Below, in pieces: positions 26,099 to 38,769 of a stretch of DNA of 64,000 bases. How positions within the stretch are numbered: the stretch's first letter is position 1; the number at the start of each line of letters is the position of its first letter. Source of the DNA: Octopus sinensis. Taxonomy: Eukaryota. The DNA lies in the NCBI RefSeq assembly GCF_006345805.1, contig NC_043005.1, forward strand, positions 49,228,001-49,292,000, in the 5' to 3' direction. Both the position numbers and the translations under genes were made by a program. The notes beneath the pieces were generated by a model. It was not told the DNA's origin. It saw only the letters and a list, made by a program, of their open reading frames with translations, and made no database searches.

Positions 26099-26297
26099 GG
26101 CGCAGGAGTGGCTGTGTGGTAAGTAGCTTGTTTACCAACCACATGGTTCCAGGTTCAGTCCTACTGCGTGGCACCTTATGGCAAGTGTTTTCTACATTAA
26201 TGATTGCATTTTCAATATTTCTACCAAGAAAGGGAGATCCTCCACTTTTTGTGAGTGGATTTGGTAGATGGAAGCTGAAAGAAGCCCGTCGTATATA

Positions 26298-26335
<38 letters not shown>

Positions 26336-26530
26336 TCCCCCCAACATCGGTTGACAACCGATGCTGGTGTGTTTGCATCCCCGTAACTTAGCCATTCAGC
26401 AAAACGGACCGTTAGAATAAGTACTAGGATTACAAAGAATAAGTCCAGGGGGCAATTTGCTCAACTAAAGGCGGTGCTCCAGCATGGCTGCAGTCAAATG
26501 GCTGAAACAAGTAAAAGAGTAAAAGAGAGA
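26099..26530 (+). mobile_element. tRNA-derived SINE (ggcgcaggagtggctgtgtggtaag family) carrying a foreign 59-bp insert
   Basis: Head, internal (GT)n and aagagtaaaagag tail match the copy at 56630-57030 (-). Confidence 0.85.
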
Positions 26531-27299
26531 GAGAGTATAGCTTATTCCATGCCTCAACAATTCTAGGATTGGGAAAATGGGAAAATGTTTCTGAAAGTCA
26601 TGGATATTGCACTGCATTTTGATTTTATAAGCATGTCCATGGACAGTAGAGGTTTTGGATTCAAAAAAGGTAGGCAAAATTTTTATTGGAAAGATGGCAG
26701 AAGTTTTTGTTGGAAAGATGGTCAGCTGCTAGACAGCAAAGCTTTAGTATGTCAATGCCCAGAGAGCAAAATGTTCAGGATCTAAAATACTATCTAAAAA
26801 GGTTATCTGTTTTAATTTTCTCAGCTGCTTTTCATGGAATTCATTTTCTGGGACAAATCATATCATTAATCCATATGTGGTATCTCATAAAATTAAATAT
26901 GGGTTTTGTGTGTGTGTGTGTGTGTATGTGTGTATGTGTTTTAGGACAATTATTTATTTGTTTATTTTTATATCATTAATCATTATGTGAGAGATGCATA
27001 AGTATCCTTGCATTTTTATTTTTAGAAAAAACATGAGGTACATCTTGAAAATTATGCATACAGTTAGGGAAACTTAAGAAGGCTCTAACAACATTTTCAG
27101 ACCCTAGTATTGCTATTTTCTGGAACATGCATGCGTAAACACACACACACACTTTTATTAAAGCTGCAAAATTTCTACAGACTGGTACTCAGAGTTTCAT
27201 GTTCCAATTTGTGATCATACTGAATTAAAAATTTGTGATGGTACATATTATATAATATGGTATGATATGATATGTAATATAATATAATATAATAATAAT

Positions 27300-28035
27300 A
27301 ATGAAATTATTGTATACAGTGCTCAGGTGCTCACACCTTGTCGAAAGTGTATATAAAGCATATGCAGTAATGTAAAAATGTCTGGAAAGTGAACAGTGTA
27401 TGAGTCAGATACATGCTTGCATGTGTATGGAGGGGAGAAAATCAGGTGTAGTGTTGGCGAATCTCAGGAAGCATGGAAGTTTTGAAGGATGCAGTGCTCT
27501 GACAGCTAACAACTGATGCCGACAGTTTGTTCTATGCTTCAGCAACTCTTAGCGTGAAAAAAATGTTTCTGAAAGTCATGGGAGCTGACTTCATAAACAT
27601 GTCCATGGGTGTTAGACAGATGGAGTTTGAAAAGGTGCTCAGATTTATTGTTTGTAAGATGGTTAATAATTTTATGGGTGTCTGCCAAGTCAGCTGCCAG
27701 ACGTTGGAGTTTCAATGTATACATGCCCAGGGAAGTAAGGCGTTCAGAATATGGCAAATGCCTGATGGAGGGTATTCTCTTGGTTGCACGTCGCTGAATC
27801 GCTTCCAGACGATTAATATCCAGGGCAAGATAGGGGTTCCAGACTGGTGATGCAAATTCCAGGTGAGATCGCACCATAGCTATATAAAGCTGCAGTTAGA
27901 TAGTTGGAAAGTGGCTCACAAAGGACTTGGTGAGTGATGCCAAGACACCCTCAGCCTTCCTGGCAATTTTAGCAATGTGTTTTGTCCAACACAAATTGCT
28001 GTTGACAATCATGCCCATCATGACAGATCACGTTC
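27300..28035 (-). mobile_element. 5'-truncated CR1-clade LINE
   Basis: MVRSHLEFASPVWNPYL...LEAIQRRATKRIP.IRHLPYSERL is the typical CR1 ORF2 C-terminus. Confidence 0.9.
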
Positions 28036-28677
28036 ACAAGAATATAATATGATATGATATATTATATTATATCTACCATCATAATTTTAATTCAGTACTC
28101 ATTATAGTTGTACAATGGACAGGAATGTAAAACTCTGAGTAACAGTTTTTGAAGATTCTACAGCTTTAATAAATGCACAATACTCTACCTTCAGTATTTG
28201 AGTACTATTCTTTTCCACCTCGTTTTGCATTTATGTACTTACTTATGTATGTGTGTGTGTGTGTGTGTGTGTGTGGTAATATTAAGGTGGCAAGCTGGCA
28301 GAAATGTTTGCATGCCGGACAAAATCCTTAGCCGTATTTCATGTGTCTTTACATTCTGAGTTCAAATTTCGACTTTGCCTTTCATCCTTTCGGGGTCAAT
28401 AAATTAAGTACCAGTTGATCGACCCCAGTACGCAACTGGGGTCGATCTAATTGACTGGCTCCCTCCCCAAAAATTTTGGGCCTTGGGCCTTGTGCTTAGA
28501 GTAGAAAGGTATATATTATTATTTTGCAATTTACTTAATCATCGGTATATTATTGTTATTTTATTTTTAATATTTCTATTATATGTAATTTTCTAGATGG
28601 TGTAATTTAATTGTTCATTTTGAATTGATAAAAGGTGGTTTTCTCTTATTTATATATTATAATGTATCTATATATGT

Positions 28678-28784
<107 letters not shown>

Positions 28785-28801
28785 TACTTTATTATAGAAG
28801 G

Positions 28802-28852
28802 AGCTTCTACAGGACTAGAACTGTTTCATTCAAGAGAAATCATCAGGAAGCT
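28802..28852 (-). ncRNA. Type I hammerhead ribozyme motif
   Basis: AGCTTC-CTGATGA-tTTC(tctt)GAAt-GAA-ACAG(ttctagtc)CTGT-A|GAAGCT: 6-bp stem I, 4-bp stem III, GUA cleavage triplet; U-U at the first pair of stem II. Confidence 0.65.
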
Positions 28853-29396
28853 AGTTAACAAGAATTGTATTTGCATTTATACATTTAGGCAGGTTTAAAG
28901 GGGTGGTGGTGGGGGGGACTTTTTGGGGGGTAGGCATAGCGCAAAAATATCATACTTAGGGGAGTGGTCAAGGAGTCAGTGGTAAATTAGATAAAAGAAT
29001 AAATAAAATAAAATAAAAGAATAAAAAAATAAATAGAAATAGAAGAATGGAGTTTTAGGTAAATAAGGAGATTCTCACTTATATACACATATGTATATAT
29101 ATACACACACACACACACCACACATACACACACATACACATCATATACATACACACATATATATATATATATACATATATATACATATATATACATATAC
29201 ATATATACATACGCACATACATATACATACACACACTACACATACACACACATACATATAACATAAACAAATACATACACACACACCATACACATACAAC
29301 ATATACACACATATACACATACACACATGCACACACATGTGTCCTATATACATATATATATATATAAATATATTATATATATATATATATATACAC

Positions 29397-29453
<57 letters not shown>

Positions 29454-29962
29454 TAATCTTATATATATAGTATATATGGACACCTGTGTGTGCATGTGTG
29501 TAGTATATATGTGTGAGTATGTGTGTATGTGTATGTGTGTGTATGTATATATTTGTGTGTATATGTATGTGTGGGCGTGTGTGTATATGTACATGTATAT
29601 GTATGTATACATATGTATATATATGTATATATATGTATATGTATATATATATATGTGTGTGTATGTATATATATGTATGTATATGTATGTGTGTATGTAT
29701 GTGTGTGTGTGTGTGTATATATATACATATGTGTATATGAATAAGTGAGAATCTCCTTATTTACCTAAAACTCTATTCTTCTATTTATTTTTTTATTCTT
29801 TTATTTTACTTTATTTATTCTTTTATCTAATTTACCACTGACTCCTTGACCACTCCCCTAAGTATGATATTTTTGCGCTATGCCTACCCCCAAAAAAGTT
29901 CCCCACCACCACCCCTTTAAACCTGCCTAAATGTATAAATGCAAATACAATTCTTGTTAACT

Positions 29963-30013
29963 AGCTTACTGATGATTTCTCTTGAATGAAACAGTTCTAG
30001 TCCTGTAGAAGCT
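29963..30013 (+). ncRNA. Type I hammerhead ribozyme motif (mirror copy)
   Basis: Same as 28802-28852 except a C>A change breaks the core-proximal stem I pair. Confidence 0.55.
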
Positions 30014-30096
30014 CCTTCTATATAATAAAGTAATTTTACTCTGCTATGTATTGAGTACCTTATTTACTGTGGTTAACCCCGAATCAACCCGGGACC

Positions 30097-30182
<86 letters not shown>

Positions 30183-30193
30183 CAGATATACAC

Positions 30194-30225
<32 letters not shown>

Positions 30226-30375
30226 ACACACACATATATATAAATGCAGACATGGCTGTGTGGTAAGAAGATTTCTTCCAACCATATGGTCTCAGGTCCA
30301 ATCCCACTGTCTAGCACTATCTACCAAAGCCTTATAAGTGGATTTGGGAGAGAGAAACTGAGAGAATCCCATTGT

Positions 30376-30416
<41 letters not shown>

Positions 30417-31869
30417 GTGTGTGTGTGCATGTGTATGTGTGCATGTGTTTACTACCTCCTCATACTCTTATACAAACATCCACTCTCTCCTCCCCTCCCA
30501 TGATCTACTGTCCTTATCCTCTCCAATGTTCTAGTCGCTTGTTCCTTGAGAATTTGCTCTTACACACCATTACAGCCTTCCTCTTATCTCCTTCAGCTAT
30601 ATCTCTCCTCTATAGCAAGACACCTGTGCTTGTCCCTCTTTCATATCTTAGCCTTCCAACACCAGGAATACAGCCACTCACCTCCATCTTCCCCTCCCAA
30701 ATACTTCTTGTTAGTAGTGGGAGCTTTTTCTTGTTTTTCCTTCTCTTTCTCTGTTCTTTACTGTCATGCAAATTACAGGGCAACCTCAGTGGTTGAGCAA
30801 TGATACCTGATCATGTCACTTTATGGTGCAAAACTATTAGGAGCCTAAAGTGGACAATCTGTTTCATATTCTGTTGTGTCTGGGGAGAGTGATTTTCTTT
30901 TTGTGCCTTATAATGTAACACACTCACCGGTAAAATTTCCACTTGTTTCTTATTTTTATTTTCCTAAAATTTTTGTTGCATCTTGCGACCTTTTCAATAG
31001 TCTTGACTCTGTCTGTTATTTACATCACATTCCTTTTTGCTTGTTTGTGTGTATATGTGTGAGCCAGTGTGTGTGTGTATCTATGCATGCATGCATGTTT
31101 CATATTAATTTATCTCTAGCACTTCTCTCTCTCCTGCTTTCTCTCTCTTCTCAGCTTCTCAGATTGTATTTGTGTGTGTGTGTGCACATGTGTATGTATG
31201 TGTGCGTCACCAAGTAACTTGCAAGTAGGAAAAGTAAAAGAAAAAGAAAAGGGTCTTCAACTAAGTAGGTAGGGGTAGTTTTTGAGAGGAGGAGATGGCT
31301 CTATGCCAGGTGTTGAGAGGCTAAAGTATGACTGAGAGACAAGTACAGAGATCTGGCTGTAGAGAAAATACTTGCCTAAACTGCATTATATAAGAGAGAA
31401 TAGGAGTAGCAGTTTAGAAGATATTGTTTATTGTAATTATTTAAGGCATGAGACAAGAGTTTAATACCAACTACATAAATGGAATTCATTATAATAATGA
31501 CTTAACTTTCATAGTTGAAGCTGATGAAGAATTAGAGAAGAAATTCGAAAAGCAGAAGTAAAACTTAGAATGAAAAGGTCTTAAAGTAAATCTCACAAAG
31601 CAAAAGTTTTAGTTATCCGGAAGTAAAACAGGACACACGTGCCATCTAGGAAGTGAAAATGCTTGATGTCCCAACAAAAAGTAAGTTGCAATTTTATAGT
31701 ATCATCATCATCATCATCATTTAAAATCCGTTTTCTATGTGGCATGGGTTGGACAGTTTGACAAGAGTTGGCAAGCCAAGGAGCTGTTTCAGGCTCTGGT
31801 CATCTGTTTTGGCAAGGCTTCTATGTTTGGATGCCCTTCCAAACATTAACCACTGTACAGGGTGTATTA

Positions 31870-32374
31870 AATAAATAAATGCGACCTTTTTAAAGCCTAG
31901 CCAGGTTCATGGGCCCGGTTTCCCAGTGTATGTGTTCCCCAGCTGGACGGGACACCAGTCTATTGCAGTGTTACTCATTTTTGCCAGCTGAGTGGACTGG
32001 AGCAACGTAAAATGAAGTGTTTTGCTCAAGAACACAACACATCGCCCGGTCCAGGTATCGAAACCACAATCTTACGATCATGGTGCTGACACCCCAACAA
32101 CTAAGCCATGCACCGCCACTAAATAAATGTGCCCTTTTAAAGCCTAGCCAGGCTCACGGGCCTGGTTTCCCAGTTTCAATGGCATATGTGTTCCCAAGCT
32201 GGATGGGACGCCACTCCATCGCAGGGTTACTCATTTTTGCCAGCTGAGTGGACTGGAGCAATGTGAAATGAAGTGCTTTGCTCAAGAACACAACACATCA
32301 CCTGGTCCAGGAATCAAACCACAATCTTACGATCATGATGCTGACACCCTAACCACTAAGCCACTCGCCTCCTC
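31870..32374 (-). mobile_element. Head-to-tail dimer of the CORE-type SINE inside an RTE tail
   Basis: Two tRNA-headed monomers; one 14-bp TSD TACAGGGTGTATTA at 31856-31869 and 32375-32388. Confidence 0.8.
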
Positions 32375-32893
32375 TACAGGGTGTATTAGGTGCGTTTTAT
32401 ATGGCACCAGCATGGGTGTTTTAAATTCACAAGGGGGTCGCAGAAAGACTTATAGAGAAGGATGTTATATGTAGCAGAAGTAGTGAGCCACAACAGCACC
32501 TCATTATCATTATCATCCTCATCATTGTTCTAATGTCCCCTTTTTCATACTTGCATGGACTGGATGGGATTTCTTGAGGTGGATTTTCTATGGCCAGATG
32601 TCCTTCCTGCTCTCACCTATTTCCAAGTAAGGTAATATTTACTCATGGCTAAACATGTTTCCACAGAAGATTGGAAACAAAAGAGACTGTTCATATGACA
32701 GTGGCACTCATTTTCTACTATCATGTAATGCCAAGGCAAGGACAGTAAAACACACACACATGCACAGACACATACACATGTGCATGCACACACACACACA
32801 ACACATACACACACATGAATACAACATACTCACATACACATGTATACATACATAGATACACATCCACACACACACACACATAAAGATAAATAT

Positions 32894-33089
32894 GGCTGGC
32901 CTATGGGTTACCCCAGGGTTTCAAGTCCATAAAGCACTTAAGTTTACAGCATTTTTTCAAACCAAAAACCTGTTGGCCTAGAGACCATTTGCTAGAGAGG
33001 TCATAGGCCAATGGGTTTAAGTCTGAAGAAACACTATAAAGCTAAGTGCTATATGGACATGAAACCCAGGGTAACCCCACAAACTGGCC
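32894..33089. mobile_element. Short MITE with ~45-bp imperfect TIRs
   Basis: gggttaccccagggtttcaagtccataaagcactta versus taagtgctatatggacatgaaacccagggtaacccc; no clear TSD. Confidence 0.55.
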
Positions 33090-33171
33090 ACATCTGTCTT
33101 TCTCTAAATACTCTACTGCTCTGTAACTTAGAGTGTGCTTCTTTTTCAGATTTATGATCTACTGAAGATAT

Positions 33172-33248
<77 letters not shown>

Positions 33249-33689
33249 TACATACATACATACATACATACACACATACATACATACATACATACATACA
33301 TATTTTTTCCCTAAATTCATTATGCCACAAAAATAGCAAAGAGAGAGAAGGTAATTATTTTGGTCTCTAGTACTGATGAAAAATTTGCTTGAAAATTATA
33401 ATGGTGTGTCCTGTATGTTGGAAATCTATATGGTTGTATGCATCCGAGGAGACCAGTTTATTTTAAATTGATATAATGTTTTCATTGATCGATTAAATGG
33501 AGCTGCTTGAAACGGCCGTAATGCACTGATACTTGGACATCCTTGTTAATTATTTGCTTTGTATTCACCTTTTTATTCAAGCTGTGTGGACCATACTGGA
33601 CTGACTTGGTGCCACGACTTAAGTGCCTAATTCAACTATATATATACACACGCACACACACACACAAACACACACATATATATATATAT

Positions 33690-33919
33690 ATTTCTTTACT
33701 ACCCACAAGGGGCCAAACACAGAGGGGATAAACAAAGACAGACAAACGGATTAAGTCGATTACATCAACCCCAGTGCGTAACTGGTACTTAACTTATCGA
33801 CCCCGAAAGGATGGAAGGCAAAGTCGACCTCGGCGGAATTTGAACTCAGAACGAAACAGCAGACGAAATACGGCTACGCATTTCGCCCGGCGTGCTAACG
33901 TTTCTGCCAGCTCGCCGCC
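33690..33919 (-). mobile_element. Young, CpG-rich copy of the abundant tRNA-derived SINE
   Basis: ggcggcgagctggcagaaacgttagcacgccgggcg...gagttcaaattcc (B box). Confidence 0.85.
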
Positions 33920-34521
33920 TTTATATACACATATATATACATACACACACACATATATATACATACACACAATCACACACACACTTAAACATATGAAAAT
34001 ACATCTTTTTTATTTGGTTTGTTATATAAATAAATATCTCACAGTAATCAGACTTTTCATTGATTTAGTTTATTAATGCCTACAACCTGCCTTATACCCT
34101 AAGTTTTTCCTTGCAGCACATCTCTTTCAAAATAGAAATTAAACTTGATTATCTAAAGCCAAATAACCTAATAAAGACTATCATATAAGTATGATGTTAT
34201 AATTAGAGTTTTATAAAAGAGATGTCCAAGATGGTGAATAGGCCATCTTTCAATGCACTATCACATTAATTTGATATCTTTTATCTTTAATTGATTTCAG
34301 TCACTGGACTGTAGCCATTCTGGGGAACACAAATTGAAGGGTTTAGTTGTACAAATCAATCCCAGTAATTATTTTTAAAGCTTGATACTTATTCTATCAG
34401 TCTCTTTTGGCAAACCACTAAGTTACAGGTATGTATATTAACCAGCATCTATTGTCAAGCATTGGGGAGGGGGCAAACACAACACAAAGACACACATGCA
34501 CACAGATAGATACATAAATAC

Positions 34522-34628
<107 letters not shown>

Positions 34629-35791
34629 CATATATGTATGTATATATATAAATATACATACACACGGCACCCACAAGTTTCTTTCAGTTTCTATCAGCCA
34701 AATCCACTTACAAGGCTTTACTAGGCTTGGGGCTATAGTAGAAGACCTTTGTCTTTGGTGTCACACAGATCTCCCTTCTTTTATTTTTTTCAGGCAGTAT
34801 AAAGAGCACCTCAATAATTTATCATTAAAATCTGTTTTTGGCAGCAAAAAAATCTGTTTTTTAATGCTGTCTACCCATCTCTACATTTGTCTTTTAATGC
34901 CTCTAAATGTAATTCTGTACTATTCAGTTCTTTCTAAAACATTCCAACATGGTTCACCTTGAATTTATGTTTTAGCTTTGTTCATTTGCAGAAACAGTTA
35001 TTTATCAGTTCAAGCCTTCTGCTACTGTGTATTTCTGTTGAAATACTATTCTACCTTTGTTTCCATAAATTTTTAAAATAATGAAGAATTTAATAAAATA
35101 ATTTCAACATAATTGAACTGATGTTTAGAATATAACATGAAATTTTGATAGATTTCAATTTAGATCCCTTTTAAAATAGGGAGTTTGTATCATTGGATCA
35201 ATGGCAGTCTCAGGTAGAATGGTATCAAAAGGGTTGAATAATCCTTTCTACTATGGGCACAAGGCCCCAAATTTTGCTTCATTGGTACTTTTTTCATCGA
35301 CCTTAAAAGGATGAAAGGCAAAGTGAACCTAGGAAGGATTTGAACTCAGAACATAAAAGCGGATGGAATGCCACTAAATATTTTGTCCAATGTGCTAACG
35401 ATTATGCTAGCTTGCTACCTTAAAGGGGCTAAATAATAATCGGAAGTCTTACCTCTGTTTGTTGCAAGGTGTGTCTTCTTTCTCCAGAACTGATTTATTC
35501 CTTATGGTGGCCAGAAAGATTTATCTCTGAATGAGAGACTGCCAACACAACCTAGAGAAATTCCCACCTGTTTTCAACTAGATAAAGCATTATACATTAT
35601 CAGAAAATTAACAAAATAGTATTTTCACCTGAAAATTATAATTAAGTCATATGTGTGTATGCATAGCTTAAAGTAGATATCAAAATAAATTACGTTTTGA
35701 ATAGAAAAGCGAAATGTGCACATGCATGTGATTAAGTATTAATTTATTTACATGTTTATATATATATATGCATATCTGTGTATGTCTGTGC

Positions 35792-35835
<44 letters not shown>

Positions 35836-36732
35836 GCAAAATGCCCCCCATCCAATGGACGGTGCTGAGTTGTCAAACATTTAAACCAAATTTTCTCAAA
35901 ACAACTTGTCTGACCATCCCATAGGCCTCCCCTTTGAGAAACACTGATTTAGCCTAAATTTGAGACACCAGCAAAAAAAGAAATGAAAATAGCCTTTTTT
36001 TCTATTCCAAAGAAAAACGATTTTATTCATACAAATATGCAACCGAAGAGTTTAAAGTACCAGTAATGATAAGGCTGTTGACTGGGAGAACACAAACATG
36101 GTTTAAACAGTAAGCTTGGCAGGAAAGAAACGTGTTTTCTTTTCATTAAAAAATAATTAAGCATGCCTTTATTTCAATAAAATTTTTGGTTTTGTTAAAC
36201 GAAGTTAAAGCAAAAAAAAAAAAACTTTTTGAGAAACCAAATAGTCTTTCCTTCCTTCATGCCAAGTTTGAAGAAAATATCTCTTTCGCATCTTAATTTT
36301 TTGGTCTTTTAAATATACTGCACTTTGTGGCATTATTTCAAGCCAGCTGGCTTTTTTTTGCGCAAACTGCACATGCATTTTTCTCATGTACGCATAGTAT
36401 CGATTGCAACAGCTGATGTACTTGCATGTACAAATGCATGTTCCTACAGCTTTATCAATCGCATTCTCACCTGGAATCAATTTTTGTAATTTTTCCAAGA
36501 CTTATACATGCCCTGATACCATCGGTATCTATATATTAAATTTGAGAGCGCAATCAGATGGAGGATGCCTGAGATCCTAGAAGACTCACACATAGACAGA
36601 CAGAATGGATTTTATATAATATATATCATCATCATCATCATCATCGTTTAACGTCCGTTTTCCGCGCTAGCATGGGTATGTATGTATGTATATATATAAA
36701 GACAGATAGATAGATATACATATACATGCATA

Positions 36733-37532
36733 CAGGGAATGGTGAATAAACTGTTGTCTAAATTACGCAAAAATGAAAATAACACTGACATCTCATTTTA
36801 ACAGTCATGTTTACCAAAATTACATTAAAAAATCTTGAGATACTAAAGAGTAGATTTATTCTGTAAAATTGCCATTGGCTTTAACCACAGTCTCCAGATA
36901 TCTTTGGAACCTTCTGCAACTCTTCTGAATGGTCTCTTTGTTTAAATTGGTGAATGCTGCCATAATCCTTGCCTTCAGTTCATCTTTGGTGTTACAATGA
37001 GTTTTGTTGGTCTCTCACTCAACTGTGTCCCACATAATTGTCTGACAGTCATGACTGGATTCTTCTGCTTGTGTAGCATGGCACAGATTCCTGTTGGCAA
37101 ACATAGGGTCTTCCAGCAGCCACCCTGTTGACCCTGGGCAGCACTACCTCCACCAGGCACAATGTAGGCCTCCATGTTGAATTTGAGGTCATGTGGGAAG
37201 ATGAATAGAAGCATAACATTGTCATCACTAGTGATCACTCCAAACACCATGATGTTGACTGGATGTTTGATTTTTATCACTCTCAGCACATGTTCGTATT
37301 GATACATGTTCATAATTGAACTTCTGGCACTTTGTATTGGAACTGCCAGCACAAATGCCAAGCAGTACAGCAGGTCATTTCCAAATTTCTGGCAGAGTGA
37401 ATTGCATCATGGTGCTGTTTTTGTCACAGATGGTGCCTAACTGACACTACTATACTGTGTAGCCGACAAAATCAAAAACAAGCAATGTATGAAATTTAAA
37501 ATTTAAAATGGCGACAATTTATCTATTGCACC

Positions 37533-37535
<3 letters not shown>
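36733..37535 (-). mobile_element. Internally deleted maT-type Tc1/mariner element
   Basis: ORF 36975-37361 (IKHPVNIMVFGVITSD) is homologous to 18627-19267; both ends read TA|CAGGG inward. Confidence 0.75.
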
Positions 37536-37622
<87 letters not shown>

Positions 37623-38654
37623 GGCTTCTTTCCGTTTCCATCTACTAAATCTAGTCATGAGACTCTGGTCAGCACAGGGCCATAGAAAAAGACACTGGTC
37701 TGAAGTGCCACACAGTGTGACTGAACCCAAAATTATATAGTTGGAAAGCTAATTCTCTATAAAACAGCCATCCAGCAACTGGAAATCTGGCCCATATGCT
37801 TGCAACAGAGTGAACTCTCCTAAAAGCACCCAAGCTATCATCAGGTCATGTTAAACTGGGAAATGGGTAAAGTCTACCTCTTAAGAATTCAGAATGTAAA
37901 ATGCCAGAACAATCAACTTCATCAGTTCATTACTCTCGACTGTTATTTTATTTTATTTTATTGGTTTATAACCTTTTGTATGTAGCAAATGAATGAGAGG
38001 AAGAAAAGTTTTATTAATTTTATTAATTGAAATGGCCCTTTATTTTCATTGCTACTTGTTTAAGTTGTTGTGGTACCCAGATTATTTGCTGTTTTGTTAT
38101 CCATTCTGTAGGTAGTTCAGTTCATCTTCTGTTGAATACTAGAAGAATGAATGGAAGAACGAGAGAAAAAGAATTAAAGAACTTAGACAAGTAGAGAGGG
38201 TGAAAGTTGTGTCATCATGTGCATGAGATGCTTCTTCCATTGGTGCCAAAAGAAAGAAGGAAGAGCTGAATTGGGTTACTGTATCTATATATATATATAT
38301 GTTGGAAAGCTGGATGGTAGGGTCAGAGAATAATTGAAAGTAATGAGTTTATCTCTTTTGAATTGTATTTAACCCAGGAATGTTCACCTAAACAATAGAA
38401 CTTAACTAAGTGTAGCAGTTGATTCTCATAAAGTTCTAAGTGCAAAAGCTGAGAACAATAGGAAGAAAATTTGTAGAAAAATGTAGATTTGGTTTTGAAT
38501 CCTGGCTAAGAATCTAGGCAGTTATTTGTTACAGGCTCTCAAAGGATGGAAAGGAAAGAATTAGCCTTGGAAAGGTTTCACTTCAGAATGTAGTGAGCCA
38601 GAACAAATACCACAAGGCATTTCTTTTAGCTTATTTTCAATTCATATATACCTG

Positions 38655-38749
<95 letters not shown>

Positions 38750-38769
38750 TTATCTACATGTATAGGGAG

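Larger units (their letters stand above)
28785..30032. repeat. 1.25-kb palindrome with ~300-bp arms of Penelope-like terminal sequence
   Basis: Arms 28785-29083 and 29740-30032 are near-identical inverted copies; the spacer is (AC/AT)n then (GT/AT)n. Confidence 0.9.

Noticed and set aside
31521-31550. CTGATGA-A-GAATT(loop)AATTC-GAAA hammerhead-like motif
   Set aside because: No stems I/III or NUH site. The segment translates as an RTE reverse-transcriptase remnant (EADEELEKKFEK...KGLKVNLTK), so the match is coincidental.
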